Source: Picochlorum sp. SENEW3 (lineage: Eukaryota). Taken from it: a DNA stretch of 64,000 bases. Under the pieces are notes generated by a model. It saw nothing but the letters and a program-made list of their open reading frames with translations. It did not search any database and was not told where the DNA came from. The stretch spans positions 744,001 through 808,000 of the forward strand of contig CP120458.1 of the NCBI GenBank assembly GCA_034226945.1. The letters run 5' to 3'. A program made the translations under genes and the position numbers. Positions 13,536 through 26,565 of this stretch are shown one piece after another. Position 1 is the stretch's first letter; each line of letters starts with the position of its first letter.

Positions 13536-16500
13536 TTGTTGGACTACTGTCTTGAGAACAATATCAGATATGTGAATCATCTACGCATCGAGGATCGAGA
13601 AAAATCTTTTGACTCAATAGTAGAAATTTTATGGAAAATCAATGTTGTGGAAATTAGCAGGAATGGGTGGAAGAAAAAGCCCCCAGTTGACTTGGACAGG
13701 TTTCTTGGGTTTTCGTTTCATGACACCAGTGCACAGGGAGCAAAGAAGAAACGTGCACCTTTAGATCAGTCCACATTGAATGAAGCTCATGTGAAATTGA
13801 CTGCTATACTAGATAGCGCCTGCTTCACTGAAGGGAGTGTTCAGATGTTTGAATTTCTGCATGGACTTCTAGAGTCCATTGGGTGCCAGACTGAAGACTG
13901 CATTGAAAGGGCTCAAAGAAAGTCGACGAAGCGCGTCAAAGAACTGTGGAAGGCTTCTTGGGAAGATTGGAATGCAAATTCACTGGGAAGCGAAGAGATA
14001 AAAATATGTTCTTTGCGATCACACTTCCTGCCTCCACCATCAAAATACAAGAAGCTGAACCATGCACTAGGACAAACACCCCTGTACAAGCCACTGCCGC
14101 TGATTGGCTTCACTCCTGAGTATGCGAGCAGGAATTCTTACTGCAATTTTCGAAAGAATATTAAAATTCAATATAATTCCTTACTTGTGCATGTGAAGCA
14201 TGGTGGAAGCATTCAAGATGAGGTGTGGATCTTCAGAGTGGATAGTAATGACAAGGAACATTATCAAAAAGTAAATGATGCAATCGAGCAGTGCCGAAGG
14301 TCAAGTTCGTGTTATGTTCAAACGTGGATTCAAAAGGCGTTTGATAGGCAAGCAAACACTTTATTCCCTGATGTTCCATTGGTGAGGGCCTTCTGCTCAG
14401 AGTTCCTTGGTGACCAACACGCACCAGAAAATGAAACTTCCAGGCATCAGAAAGATTTAATAGAACTTGCAATTGAGTCTGCAGATTTATCAATACTAGA
14501 GGATAATTCAAGGAAAATGAATGGGCGCCGAGAAGAAATAGCATTTGCTGAGTTTTGGAGAAAAACAAATGAGTTCTTGAATGAGGCTGCAGATGCAGCA
14601 CATGCAATAAGGCATGGTGAAGCAGAAATGGGATATCTTTCTAGCGTTATATCCATTCGAGACTTGCATGAAACAGTAAAGAATCTTATGAAGAAAGAAT
14701 TGGAAGAAAGGTATGACGAGGACCTCGTTCCATCTACCTCAACTCTGTATCTGCAGTTCATGCCAAGCGCCAGTAATCGCCTCACATCTTTTCGTTTCAA
14801 GAGTCGTTTCAATGTTCAAATGAAAGTACAACGAAGAATTCTCCATATAGACCATATTGATGCGCATTATGGAAACGCCATCATTAAATATTTGAGATCA
14901 TTTCTGTGAGATACAGAGATCACTGCTCTTTCTTCTGTGCTGATGATAAAGCCAGAGTGATGGTTGGTCCCCCTGGAGTATATCTACAAAGTGGAGTGAG
15001 CAATAAACCCCAGTTAGCACCTGCTGGTGTTGAAATGCTTGCGTTAGATCACGATTATGATGGAACCTGCATTGTTCCATCTGTTTACTTGGCCCATGAC
15101 ATTCCTGAGAAAGTCAATGGTGATTGGTACAAAGGGCAAGTATCAGTCGGTTTAAAAGATGCAGTCTTTCAAAGATCGTGCCCCTGGAGACATGTTGAAG
15201 AACTTTCAAGGCATTTAAACGATAAACAGTCCCCTATTTTAATGCTCTTGACGGATGGGGGCCCAGATAGGAACCTGAAAAGGGCAACAGTGATTGCATC
15301 ACACATATCATTGTTTCTGAAACATGACCTGGATATGCTTGTTGTCGCTCGAACCGTTCCACATTTATCTTTTCGTAATCCCGTAGAAAGAGTAATGTCA
15401 GTGCTGAATCTGGCATTGCAGAATGTTTCTCTTTGCAGGGAATATCTTCCTGATTTGGAAGACCAATTGAAAGGATGCAATTCAATGGGTGCTGTTCGCC
15501 AGAAAGCAAAGCAATATCAGGGTGGAACAGAAGCATTTCAAGAGATGCTTCATAAAAGCTTGAAGAAAACCATTGATGTGATAGGTGGAAGAATGCAGAG
15601 GCTTCAATGGAAAGAGAAGGACATTGAATTATACCAAGCTGCAGATTGGAATGATATATCAGCATTCATATCTATCTTCTTGGAGTTGGACGAATTTCCA
15701 CAGGCATTCCAAGAGCAATGTTCCAGTGGAAATTCCATAGATTTTACGGAGTTTCTCAAAAAAGGAAGTGCCCTGAAAGAGTTCCTCACAAACCATGTGC
15801 ATCAATCCCCTTATGTCCTGCAAATCAGGAAAAAGGCAGGTTGTGAATGTAGATTTTGCACAGGTTGCATCATCAAGCCACCGAGAATGGATTTCGAATC
15901 ATTTGAAGACTTAAAGTGGGTTCCTTTGCCATTGAAGAAACAAGCAGGGCCAAATGAACTACACTACAAATCATTTGATGAGTTGTATGGGACACACCCC
16001 AACCACATGGAACAGCCAAGTCTTCGAGATTCGAAACCTGATCGGAAAGGAAAGCACAGTATATATACTGCCAGCAGGGCACGGTCGTTCTTGCGTTGTA
16101 GCAGCTGCTTAAAGAGGAGAGTTATATATGTGGAAAATGCCCAACAGTCCCTAACAAAGGCTGAAAAAGCGTACATCAAGATATTGGACGAATTGGACAT
16201 GTATGTGTGTGGTTCAGAGGTTAACAATACATCAATCACGAACGAAACTAATGCTGGATCGAACAATATTGTGGATATGACGTGTGAGGAAGATTCTGCA
16301 GCAGGCAACAGCAGGCACGACACACAAGTCTTCACCTTTTATCTCAGGGATGGACTGACATGCAGCACTCCAATGGAAAGTACTTACTTTTTTTGGAAAT
16401 CGTTTGCATCAAAAGAGAAACTTGAAATTGTGCTCACATTGTGGACTAGAGGAAAATCATGTCCAACAGGCTACAAGAGAAGAGCTGCAAACGTATTCGA

Positions 16501-16733
16501 ATGTCTTTCATCCTTGCTCTATTTGTTTAAACATTGCTGATGGTCGGAAGCGCCCAAAGCCTTTATATGGCTCCAAAATAACTAAAAGAAGAGGATCAAG
16601 CGCTGTTTCTACAAACACGACCATGAGAAGCAGTGCCAAGGAGTCTGACAGGGATGCTATGAGGGATGAGCCAGGAGAGGCCTTAGACACTGGACCATCT
16701 GGCCAGTATTCCATGTGCGCCGATTCAGATTAG
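13536..16733 (+). pseudogene. Zator-superfamily DDE transposase, frameshifted near 14906 and 16400, probably 5'-incomplete
   Basis: Motifs CADDKARV, ALDHDY, VPSVY, LTDGGPDRN and SFRNPVERVMS typical of Zator/TP36-related transposases; Cys-rich C-terminus; GG-terminal TIR downstream. Confidence 0.75.
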
Positions 16734-16884
16734 TGTCTCAATGATGTATTTATCAATTGCATTGCTGTTAAACACTCTATTTGACTATATATATCCAGTT
16801 ATATGCTTGTATAGCCAAATTTATTTTTTTGAGGAAATCTACTTTTTTTGCCGAATCGCCGACCCGATTTGAGATTTGGTAATA

Positions 16885-16916
16885 GACGGGAACCAAGGAA
16901 TCAAGTAAAAGCGGCC
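16885..16916. repeat. Right TIR of the Zator-type element
   Basis: gacgggaaccaaggaatcaagtaaaagcggcc matches 26490-26521 at 29/32 and is the inverse of 22778-22809. Confidence 0.7.
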
Positions 16917-17116
16917 TTCGAAGACATCACTGGACAGGTCAGAAAGATCGGTTTCGGCTATCTTCGACTTATCCTGCAAATACGAGGCTACACTTTCGTT
17001 CCCCATATAATCCTAGCAATTGTAAATCATGTTACGATTGTTTCGATTTGGGAACCTCTATTTCTGAGAGCATTGGCCTTTAGCGAACGTTCTCTGCATG
17101 AAAATACCAGACACAA

Positions 17117-18016
17117 ATGTCCTGGACACACCTAGAGAGACAGGGATACTGTCACGCGAGATTTGTAATCATGATAGTTTTCATGATGTTATCTATTTAT
17201 CTGTGTATATGTATATATACAGAGAGAGAGAGAGAGAGAGATGTGTTCTTGAAAGTTGAGTATACAGGAGCAGAATATGATGTTGGCGAACAGCGTGCAT
17301 ACAACGGGAATTTAACCTGGCCAGATGTTGCTCAACTCGTGAGCCCTTTTACAATGGTTGCCCAAGATAAACTCAAGCAGATATATGACGAGGTTCGCAG
17401 CCTAAATGCTCAGGAAATTTCGGGAGATATTGTTGAGTGTGGTGTCTGGGCAGGAGGAGCGAGCTTAGCAATGATTTACGGACAATTATCCAACCAAAGT
17501 AGGTCAATCAGAAGGGATTTTTGGCTGTTTGATACATTTGAAGGATTACCGCCTCCTGATTCAACGAAAGATGGACAAAGAGAGAAAGCCATCTGGAGTC
17601 AGATTGCAAATGGGACTTACAATGTCTCAAGTTTTAAGAAGACCGTCCTCAACAGATGGAACTATGCACCTTTAGCCTTCGTAAAGTCAATCATTGGCAT
17701 ATCGGGTTACCCACCTTCCCAGCTTCACTTCATAAAAGGTAAAGTGGAAGAGACTATACCACGCTTCATTCATGCATTGCCCACAAAGATTGCTTTGTTA
17801 CGCCTTGACACGGATTGGTATGATTCGACGATGGTTGAAATGAACTTTCTGTATGATCGTCTAGTTCCAGGTGGTCTCCTCATTGTAGATGACTACTGTG
17901 CATGGAGCGGATCTAGGAACGCGATCAATGACTACTTTGGCTCAACACAGGAGGTTGAGAAGATAGCAATCCATAAGGGGCCTCTTTGCCTAACTCTGCG
18001 CAAGCCTCAAGGATAG
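17117..18016 (+). CDS. TylF/MycF-family (macrocin-type) O-methyltransferase
   Basis: GDIVECGVWAGGAS, LFDTFEGLP, LRLDTDWYDST and LVPGGLLIVDDYCAWSG motifs. The N-terminus is hydrophobic but contains a (GA)n tract at 17221-17241, so the 5' structure is uncertain. Confidence 0.9.
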   Translation: MSWTHLERQGYCHARFVIMIVFMMLSIYLCICIYTERERERDVFLKVEYTGAEYDVGEQRAYNGNLTWPDVAQLVSPFTMVAQDKLKQIYDEVRSLNAQEISGDIVECGVWAGGASLAMIYGQLSNQSRSIRRDFWLFDTFEGLPPPDSTKDGQREKAIWSQIANGTYNVSSFKKTVLNRWNYAPLAFVKSIIGISGYPPSQLHFIKGKVEETIPRFIHALPTKIALLRLDTDWYDSTMVEMNFLYDRLVPGGLLIVDDYCAWSGSRNAINDYFGSTQEVEKIAIHKGPLCLTLRKPQG

Positions 18017-18044
18017 CACGATTAGAATATAGAATTTAGATATA

Positions 18045-18571
18045 CAGGAAAATTTTTTAATTTCGTTTTATTGATTAAAATATTGAATTTCGTCGTGCGA
18101 AGCGCGAGGAAATTTTGCCCCTTCATATTAATCAAATTTCGTTGGTCAGCTTCAAATGCCTTGTTTCTTTTATTCAATTTTCGTCAGCCTCTGTTCTGGT
18201 TGACCTAACAAGGGCATTTCATACAGGATCTAAGAGATTTGAGCTCTGTGAATCCTCTGGATCATTGAGTGGCAGGGTATGGATGTGTAGCATGCTCAGG
18301 GGCAACCCCAGTCAGCAGTTTATGACTCGCAAGTCGCAGTCGATTTGCCTGTCAAGAGGGACATTTGATGGGAAAAGAAGAAGATCAATGAGTCGATCAA
18401 TATCATCGGTCAAAAGGGTTGCTGGATAGGCAAAGACTGTCAAGCAGGGGAATTGCCAAAAAAATTGGAACTTTTATTCAATTTTCGTTGGCTACTCCCC
18501 AGAATATGTGCTCATTTTAATCTAAATTCGTTTTAATGCGATTTACCTAACGAAATTTAAAATTTTTCCTG
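18045..18571. mobile_element. MITE with CAGGAAAA TIRs and TA target duplication
   Basis: ta|caggaaaattttttaatttcgtt ... aacgaaatttaaaatttttcctg|ta. Confidence 0.75.
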
Positions 18572-18592
18572 TATATAAACAATAATTGATCA

Positions 18593-20239
18593 AAGATCGT
18601 AGTGTTTCTGAACATAACGAGAAGCTCATACTCCTCATCGAGAGGCAACCTGCGACGATGGCCACGGCTGTCGCCAACCTCCAGAACTTTATGGAGGCTC
18701 TGCGAGAAGCAGAAAAAGCAACAAAGTCAGCAAGAGTGACTTTCACCACCACCCTGCAGTGCGAGAATGGAGAACCGGAACGTTCGTACATTCAAAATTT
18801 GAAATTGCGAATCGACCGATCCATCATCTTGCACCTCGAACAAGGGTTGCAAGCCTACGGAAATCAACCTTTATTGCAAGATAACATTGAAGATCCCCAC
18901 AAGATGATGTTCACGGAGGAGAAGATCGGCCACCACTATGCCACCAAAACAAAGACACTGAGGATTTTCTGGAATATGTGGGTGCTGCGGGAATTTCAGC
19001 CACATTTCGGAAAAATCGTCAATGACGGGTCCTGGATGTTCTTTGAACATGAAGACAAACAGTTCCCGGTGACTGTACAGTATGAAACTCAGACACAGAC
19101 GCAACAAGCCATCTTACGGGGTGTCCCAACTCGACACCGGAGCTGCTTCAACAGTTCTTGGGAAGTATCATGCAACACTTGGCAAACAAAGGTAACATCT
19201 CGAAAGAAGCGGAGATAATGACATGCGCACCTCGCAGCCATACGAGGAACGCCGGAGAAATGCCAGAATACCTCCATGCAACAGAATGGCTCATCACCTA
19301 CAAGGACAACAGGCCAGGACAGAATGGCACCATCCCAGTGGGCCCAACAGGACCTGCACTGGAGTGGCAGGTACTCAGACCCCGCCGCCCACATGTCTCA
19401 TTGGACACAGTACCAACCCTGGCCAACTACCCAGTGAGAGAAGTACAGTATGCCGCCATGGTGGAGAACAACGAAATCCAAACCGACGATTTCGTGAACA
19501 TCACAAGCGAGGAATTCGCAGCCCAAGTAAACCAGACACAAGAAGCACACACAGAAACACAGGACACATCAGCACCCCAGCCAGCACAACAGATGGAGGA
19601 GGACCAACAGGAGGCACCCAACACCGAAGAACACGACAACCTTGTCGACCCACAGCACACCGCCGCCAACCAACAGGATGGAACGAATGAAGCTATGACA
19701 CAGAGGGAAGAGGGACCAAGGGAAGCCGGCAACACAGAGGACTCAGAGGATGTGGTGTCTGCAGAGACACGCACTGTGGCGAGCAACACAGCGACGTCAG
19801 GCCTGGACAACTCTGAAGAAGCACACAACAATCTGCAGGACCTGATAGGGGAGGAGAGCCAGAGGAGGATCACAAGAGCCTCGACCAAAAAGAGGGAGCA
19901 GCAAGGCTCACCAAAAAAGAAGCTAGCCACAGGCCCCTCACCAACGGCATCGCCTCAGAAGAAGGCGCATGCCATCCGCAAGTAAATCATTATCCATGAT
20001 GATGAACGGCTTGAACTTCATGACATTCAACGTAAGAGGCTTGACTCCAAACAAATACAGTGCCATGATGAAGCTGTTAGAAGATCACAGGATTGATATT
20101 GCCCTGATACAGGAAACCCATCTCAAAGGAAACACAGACGAACACAATTTTACAGACCTACTCGATAGAAACACACAAGCAGAATGGAAAACATTTTGGC
20201 ACAGTGATCGCCAACACGGCAGAGCTCGAGGTACAGCAA
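18593..20239 (+). mobile_element. LINE family A 5' part (ORF1 18658-19985 with one frameshift, N-terminal part of APE endonuclease)
   Basis: Near-identical to 28899-30546; MTFNVRGL and ALIQETH APE motifs. Confidence 0.9.
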
Positions 20240-22710
20240 ATTTCTTCGATGGCATCATCAGACCCATACCAAAAGGTGAGGTGAGCCCGGACCCAAAAAA
20301 ATATAGACCAATCACGCTGCTGAATGTGGACTACAGAATCTTCACCTTTGTGCTCAAGAATCGGCTGACTCTGCCCATGAGTAAGCTCATCCCTGAGACA
20401 CAAACGGCCTTTCTCCCTGGACGACACTCAGCGCAGAATATATGGATTCAAGATGCGGTGCCACACCTCTTGACACACGAAAACAAATGGGCATTGGTGG
20501 GTCTGTGTGACTTCCAAAAAGCATATGATACCATTGACCGGGGTTTTCTGTTACAGATTTGCAGAGAACTCCGAATGCCAGGCTTCCTTATGGCCTGGAT
20601 ACAAGGTATCATGAAGCATACTAGGAACCGTGTGTATGCCGATAACCACATATCGTCATACAAGCAGTTCCACGCGGGGATCCGACAGGGCTGTCCGGCT
20701 CACCCATCCTCTACCTCCTCATTGGGTACATGCTCCACCTCCTCATTGATGCCACGGACATCGGCATCACACTCCAGTGTCCATATAGAGTGGCCAAATG
20801 CCACAATGGGGGACGAGCATTCGATGCATGCAAGCCCACCACCGTGACTCTAAAGTTGAGCCAATATGCAGATGATAGCAAAGTGTTTCTCGGCAGTCAA
20901 GAGCAGGTCAAGACGTTCAGGGCCTGCATGAACATATTTCATCAGGCTACTGGACAACGATTGAATCGAGATAAGACACACCTGCTGGCCATCGGCAGGA
21001 TACCCTCCACACTGCCTCGTGCACTGGAGGGATTCCAATTGGTGACAGAGGCCAAGGTGCTGGGTATCACCGTGCACCATGGGACCACACCACCGACGGT
21101 CGACTGGGACAGCAAACTGAACAGCATGGCAACGACAGCCAAGGTCATCAAAGCTAACAGGATCTCCTGTTTTGGAAAGTTCCGATTGTGGAACACCTTT
21201 GTCATTTCGAGAATCTTGTATGCTGCAGAATTCACCAGAGTGCCACAAGAGGTCCTGAGAGAGATCACCAAGCTCACACGAGAACTGCTGCCTGATAATG
21301 CTCGCTGCTGGAGTACGACACGAATGTCGGACCCACCACAAGAAGGAGGTCTAGGCTGCCTCAACTTTGCAGCGCATACCCAAGCAAGACAAGCAAAATG
21401 GTGCTTGCGGCTGCTACGCGTGGGCACATCGCAACTGTGGTCGCAGCTGGTGTGGAATGCCTTCCTTCTACACCCACATGATGCTCATATTACCTCCACC
21501 CAGTGCTTGCGCGAGTGCGCATTGCCGCCAATGACGACCATCGTCGAGGGACAAGCATATCTGGTCTCGATCCCAGCGTGCATCGAGACCATCCAGGCAA
21601 ACAGGACCCAGCCAGAGCAACAGACTTGGTACAGGGACGACTACCACTGGACCATCGGCCAAAAAGCCCACCCGATGAAGAAGTATACAGTGAAGCTGGG
21701 CACTCGCTTGTTATCGATGGAAGCTGAAGGACAGCTAGAGAGGGCCGATGCCTATAACAGATGGCTGTATGCCCTCTGCGGAGCCACACAGGCTCCGGGC
21801 AGCCCCCTGATCCACCAACACCTCTGGAAGCTCCCGATGGACAATACGTGGAAGGAGCCGTTCTGGCATGCGTCCATGGGCGGTTTCATCCGCTCGTCGG
21901 GGTCGAAGCCATGCGCATGTGGCATGTGCGAGACACCCGACATCCTTCACCACTTCAAGCACTGCCCTGTGGCAGCAGCCGTGTACGGTCAGCTGTCGGG
22001 CGAGTTCATCCATGCAGAAAAAGTGCCGTTCCTCGTATGGACAGGAACACCTCCCCAGCATGTGCCAAAAAGTATATGGCTCTTCATCTGCGTCAGCGCG
22101 GTGTATGCCATTGACAGAGGCAGACGCTACATGTACAAATTGAAGTACCATACAGAGGGCCCAGTCCCCCAAACAGATACCATTGTCAGCAAAGGAAAGA
22201 GCATCGCCGTTCAGACCTTCTGGAACCTCCTCCATCTCCACGCCAAGAAGATGCCTCAAGGCAATCCAGAGCACGCCACCCTCCCAATTATAGCCTGGAA
22301 CACCAACACCAACAGCTGGTTCCCCAAACCACCACCAGGGGTGCAACTTGTAGGAAGCATCCATTAGCCAATAGCTATCCAAACATTCTCTCAGCGATGG
22401 AATAAGAAGCATGGCCCAGAGGTCCATGGGCTGCCAGAAGGCAAAATCTTCCCAGTGCCTCCACAACACACTTCCAGGCTTGCCTCGTCGTGTGTGGATT
22501 CCACTTCTTCCCTTCCATCACTGAGAACGAATGGTTTGAGTCAATTGTTTGCAATCCATCAATTATTACACCTTGGCCTAAACGAGGTGATGGTAGTGAG
22601 GATGAGTAAAGGCTCCTTCAAGGAATTGAGCCCCTCAATCCGAATTTGAGGATTGTGCTCATCTTTCACTATGCATCACCACCGGGCATGTAAGACTGGA
22701 AAATAAAAAA
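20240..22710 (+). mobile_element. LINE family B (L1/Tx1-like), 5'-truncated: RT, CCHC knuckle, 3'UTR, A-rich tail
   Basis: YRPITLLNVDY, DFQKAYD, GIRQGCP, QYADD, CACG..ILHHFKHC; frameshift near 20700; ends ctggaaaataaaaaa. Confidence 0.92.
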
Positions 22711-22832
22711 TCCAATGGACAATGTACAGGTCAGGAGGTTTTGTATCCCTTTATAAATTTCTCAACATTTTTTTTTAGGCCGCTCTTAATTGATTCCGTG
22801 GTTCCCGTCCCCGAGCGAATGGATTTCACATA

Positions 22833-23034
22833 CAGAGAAGAGGCCTTATTTAAGACCCCCTGTAGTTTAGGGATTTCCCATCAAATGGTCCAGGGACCGG
22901 GTAGGGTCGGGTAGGGGGCCGGGGGATTAGGGTATTAGGGTTAGAAAACATGTAGATTTTGGACCGTGTTTGGCCGGTCGGATATTTTAAGCGACCGGTG
23001 ATTTAGCTCGGGGTCTTGAATAAGACCTCTTCCA
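22833..23034. mobile_element. Small MITE with degenerate TIRs and a G-rich, telomere-like core
   Basis: cagagaagaggccttatttaagacccc versus ggggtcttgaataagacctcttcca; internal ttaggg copies and G runs. Confidence 0.55.
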
Positions 23035-23108
23035 TACCTCGGATTTCACGAGGGTGTGCCCAAAAAAATAGATTGTCGTATATCTCCTCACTAGTGAAGA
23101 ATTTGCAC

Positions 23109-23644
23109 TTTATTTTTATTTTCCAGTCTTACATGCCCGGTGGTGATGCATAGTGAAAGATGAGCACAATCCTCAAATTCGGATTGAGGGGCTCGATTCT
23201 CTTGAAAGAGCCTTTACTCATCCTCACTACCATCACCTCGTTTAGGCCAAGGTGTAATAATTGATGGATTGCAAACAATTGATTCAAACCATTCGTTCTC
23301 AGTGATGAAAGGGAAGAAGTGGAATCCACACACGACGAGGCAAGCCTGGAAGTGTGTTGTGGAGGCACTGGGAAGATTTTGCCCACTGGCAGCCCATGGA
23401 CCTCTGGGCCATGCTTCTTATTCCATCACTGGGCGAATGTTATTAGCCGACTTAACTTATCCTCACAACCGCCAACTTGGTTAGGCCAGGGTGAAATAAA
23501 TTGGTTGCAAACGATGACTCAAACCATCCATCCATGACAGAGGAAGGGAAGAAGTGGAATCCGTACACACAAAGTGTGCTTGAGGCACTGGGAAGATTTT
23601 GCCCACTGGCAGCCCATGAACCTCTGGGCCATGCTTCTTATTCC
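23109..23644 (-). mobile_element. LINE family B 3'UTR and tail fragment with an internally duplicated ~200-bp unit
   Basis: Reverse complement of 22395-22710, then a second diverged copy of the unit at ~23481-23644. Confidence 0.85.
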
Positions 23645-24446
23645 TCTGGCAGGATGGTGGTTGTGTTCTCAGCTTAAAAATGGGTCCCACTGGTAATGTT
23701 TCACTCTCGTCCAAATCCTCTTCACAGAGTTCTCTCTCCTTATCCATCACAAGCAAGGCTCACGCACTGTTGATTCTGATGATTGACTGGTCTCAGTCAT
23801 ACTGAGGGTTTGATTCACCACACCAGGTCACATAGCTCTGTTGCTGAACAGACATGTGACAAGTGAAAATGCATTCAAGGTTGTAATAGGTTATACAACG
23901 CTCCGACAGGCTCCTGTGGAAGCGATGTTGTGTTGTTTGGGCTGAATTGCCTCTGCCGCTGTATGACGGTATTCAGACCAAGGAAATACAGATGGGTAAT
24001 CGTGCTGTGTGATACTTCAACATGGCACGTCCGCCGCCCGTGAGATCAGAGGCACCTCACGGGTAGAGGGGGAGGTCCAAAAGACCCTGCAGAAATTGCT
24101 TGTGTAATTTAGTGATATCGTTTCGAGGGGGAAGCGCTCCATTGAGCACCCTGAGCGTCAATTCTTGTACGCAACACTGTCCCATTCTTTGGTAACAATG
24201 GCCAGGCACCCCCTCTTCCTGATAACAGCAGGTTGCTGTACTAATTACACAAGTTGAAAGTTTATATATAGGTTTATACCAAAATCACTTTCTGACGCCA
24301 CTATGCGATAGAGCTCATCAAAAGGAGTCGATTGACGGGCTTTTGGGACCAAACTCGATCATGGACCGTCGTTGATGGCCGTGGACTGGATCCAGCCATG
24401 GCTCCCCAGTCGGCCAAATTCAAATCGTGCAATTGACCTCATAGAC

Positions 24447-25786
24447 TCCTAGGTTTCCAGGTCCAGGCACATACAGGCGCCTTTGCCATAGACTGGGACA
24501 CTCGAGTCGCCAAACTGAAAACAGCCATTCGAAAAGTTAAAGCAAGACATTTATCACCATTTAGCAAATTTAGAATTGTCTCGACATACCTGCTTCCTAA
24601 AGATTTATACTATGCAGAAGTTGTGAAGCCCACCCCAGCACAAGTAAAGGAAGTCTGGACAACCATACGCCAACTCCTCCAGAGCAATTTTTGGAGAAGC
24701 ACAGCTTTTGCAGCCAATCCAAAAGAAGGAGGCCTTGGCTGTTTACCCCTTCAGGCCCACCTATCTGCGCGTGATTTGAAGTGGTATATTCTTCTATTCA
24801 CAGCTGGCGCCGAGAAATCATGGGTTCAATTAGCGTGGAATATCTTTTTGAAGATGCAGGATGGTCAGCATACAGGCATACCTGCCTGTTTGCCCATCCA
24901 CCTTCTACAGAGAGGCATCCCGGCTGTTCCCAATTTTGAGCTACAGCCCATAGTTTACCATCACGAGCCTGCTTATTTACGGTACGAGCCACCTACCCTA
25001 TTATTTACATCTAGCATATATGCATACCATCTCGCAGATCTTCAGAGGGCCATTCTCCAGAATCAGGAGACAGGAACATATGTCATGAATGGCCTTCAAG
25101 GCGAACTAGGATGGCAGATACACCCTAAATGCACTATGACGTTAGATACATATACAGTGAAGCAAGGCACTACCTTGTTCACACGAGTAGATAGACAGCA
25201 CCGACGCAGACGCCTCCGGGGCTGGCTTGAGATCATAGTGAGTGTGCCTAGACCACTCCACAGAATCTTCAAGCCTTTGCAACAGCTTCAGCTCCCCTCT
25301 ATCTATAAACTCCCTTTCTGGGAGATCCTCATGGATACTCAGGTGAATGCTCAGAAGACGCAGAAAGAAAAAGCATGTGTTTGTGGCCACTCAAATGCCA
25401 CACCAGGTAGAAACCATTATTATACCACAGAATGCAGCATTGCTTGTAGCCTATATCAGCACCTTGCCACAGGTCTTGGCATTCCAGTCACCCAGGTGTT
25501 GCACTCCATTTGGACCAACCAGCCTCCATCACCTCTTCCATACCCCTCGGACACTTGGGGTCTCATCATGGTGGCGTGCAGTTATAGCTTGGATGATATT
25601 CGACGACAGATCTTCAAGGCCTCGGCAGACGCTACATCTGCCCAGTTTATTGACACCCTCATCAGCACATTCAATGAGGTATTAGATGCTTATAAAGATA
25701 GCCTTTCTCCCGGGTCGGCAGCTCAGACATGTCTCCCCATCATTCGTTGGCGAGATGCTGAGCACCGCTGGGACCTTGCCAGGTAG
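24447..25786 (+). mobile_element. LINE family C (L1/Tx1-like), post-RT C-terminal fragment
   Basis: LSPFSKFRIV, KEGGLG, YTVKQGT, CVCGH..RNHYYTTEC and LPIIRW are colinear with the C-termini of families A and B. Confidence 0.85.
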
Positions 25787-26565
25787 TTTGTGCCTCTTGC
25801 ACTAGCTTCTTTTCCCCTCTTTCGGTTGCCTCAGACCTCAGTTTTTCTTATTGGATAGCTACTTCTCGCTGGAAACTTGTGTTTTTACTGTACTCTGGAT
25901 CAAGGTCGTTTATGACAGTTTTACCTGCTAGAGTTCCTCTGACACTGGTCTCCTCCCTGTATTAGTGGGTTGATAACAGGTGGAGTCGTATCTCGAGTTG
26001 AATCAATAGCGTAGATTTATTTGCCACGGCATTTGTTTTCTCTGTTTTTCTTATTTTTTCCTCTTCGCCAATGATGTCTGGAGTGGGGCCTCCGACGGAC
26101 GAATTTCTCCGTCGACCGGGAACTCCCAGGCTGGTGCTGTAACCCACACTAATTAATTAGACTCTATAAGGCTCCAAAAGAGAAGAAAGGGCTATAAGGA
26201 GCCATTGTATCTATACATGCTCGAATAGATCGCGGTTGACAGAGGTCTGACTGTGATGTTGACCAGACCAGCCTTGGGGAGATGCCCCACACGGAGCCAT
26301 ACGGTGATTTTTGACTTCAAACTCGACAAACGGTGTCTAAATTACGTCTATATTGTAGAACTATTACAAATCTAGAGATTTGAAGGCATTTGGACGCCCT
26401 ATTGACGATTCTATTTTTTCGAGCTTTTCTCATTTTTCGAGCGCCTACCGGTAGGCGGTCGGTACCGACTGGATTCTGAGAATCACCTAGACGGGAACCA
26501 CGGAATCAATTAAGAGCGGCCTTATAGGGGATTATTACACAGTCGAAAAATATGACGAATATCTT

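Larger units (their letters stand above)
22778..26521. mobile_element. Perfect pair of Zator-type TIRs, each flanked by TTA, enclosing nested TE fragments
   Basis: tta|ggccgctcttaattgattccgtggttcccgtc ... gacgggaaccacggaatcaattaagagcggcc|tta (32 bp). Confidence 0.65.
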
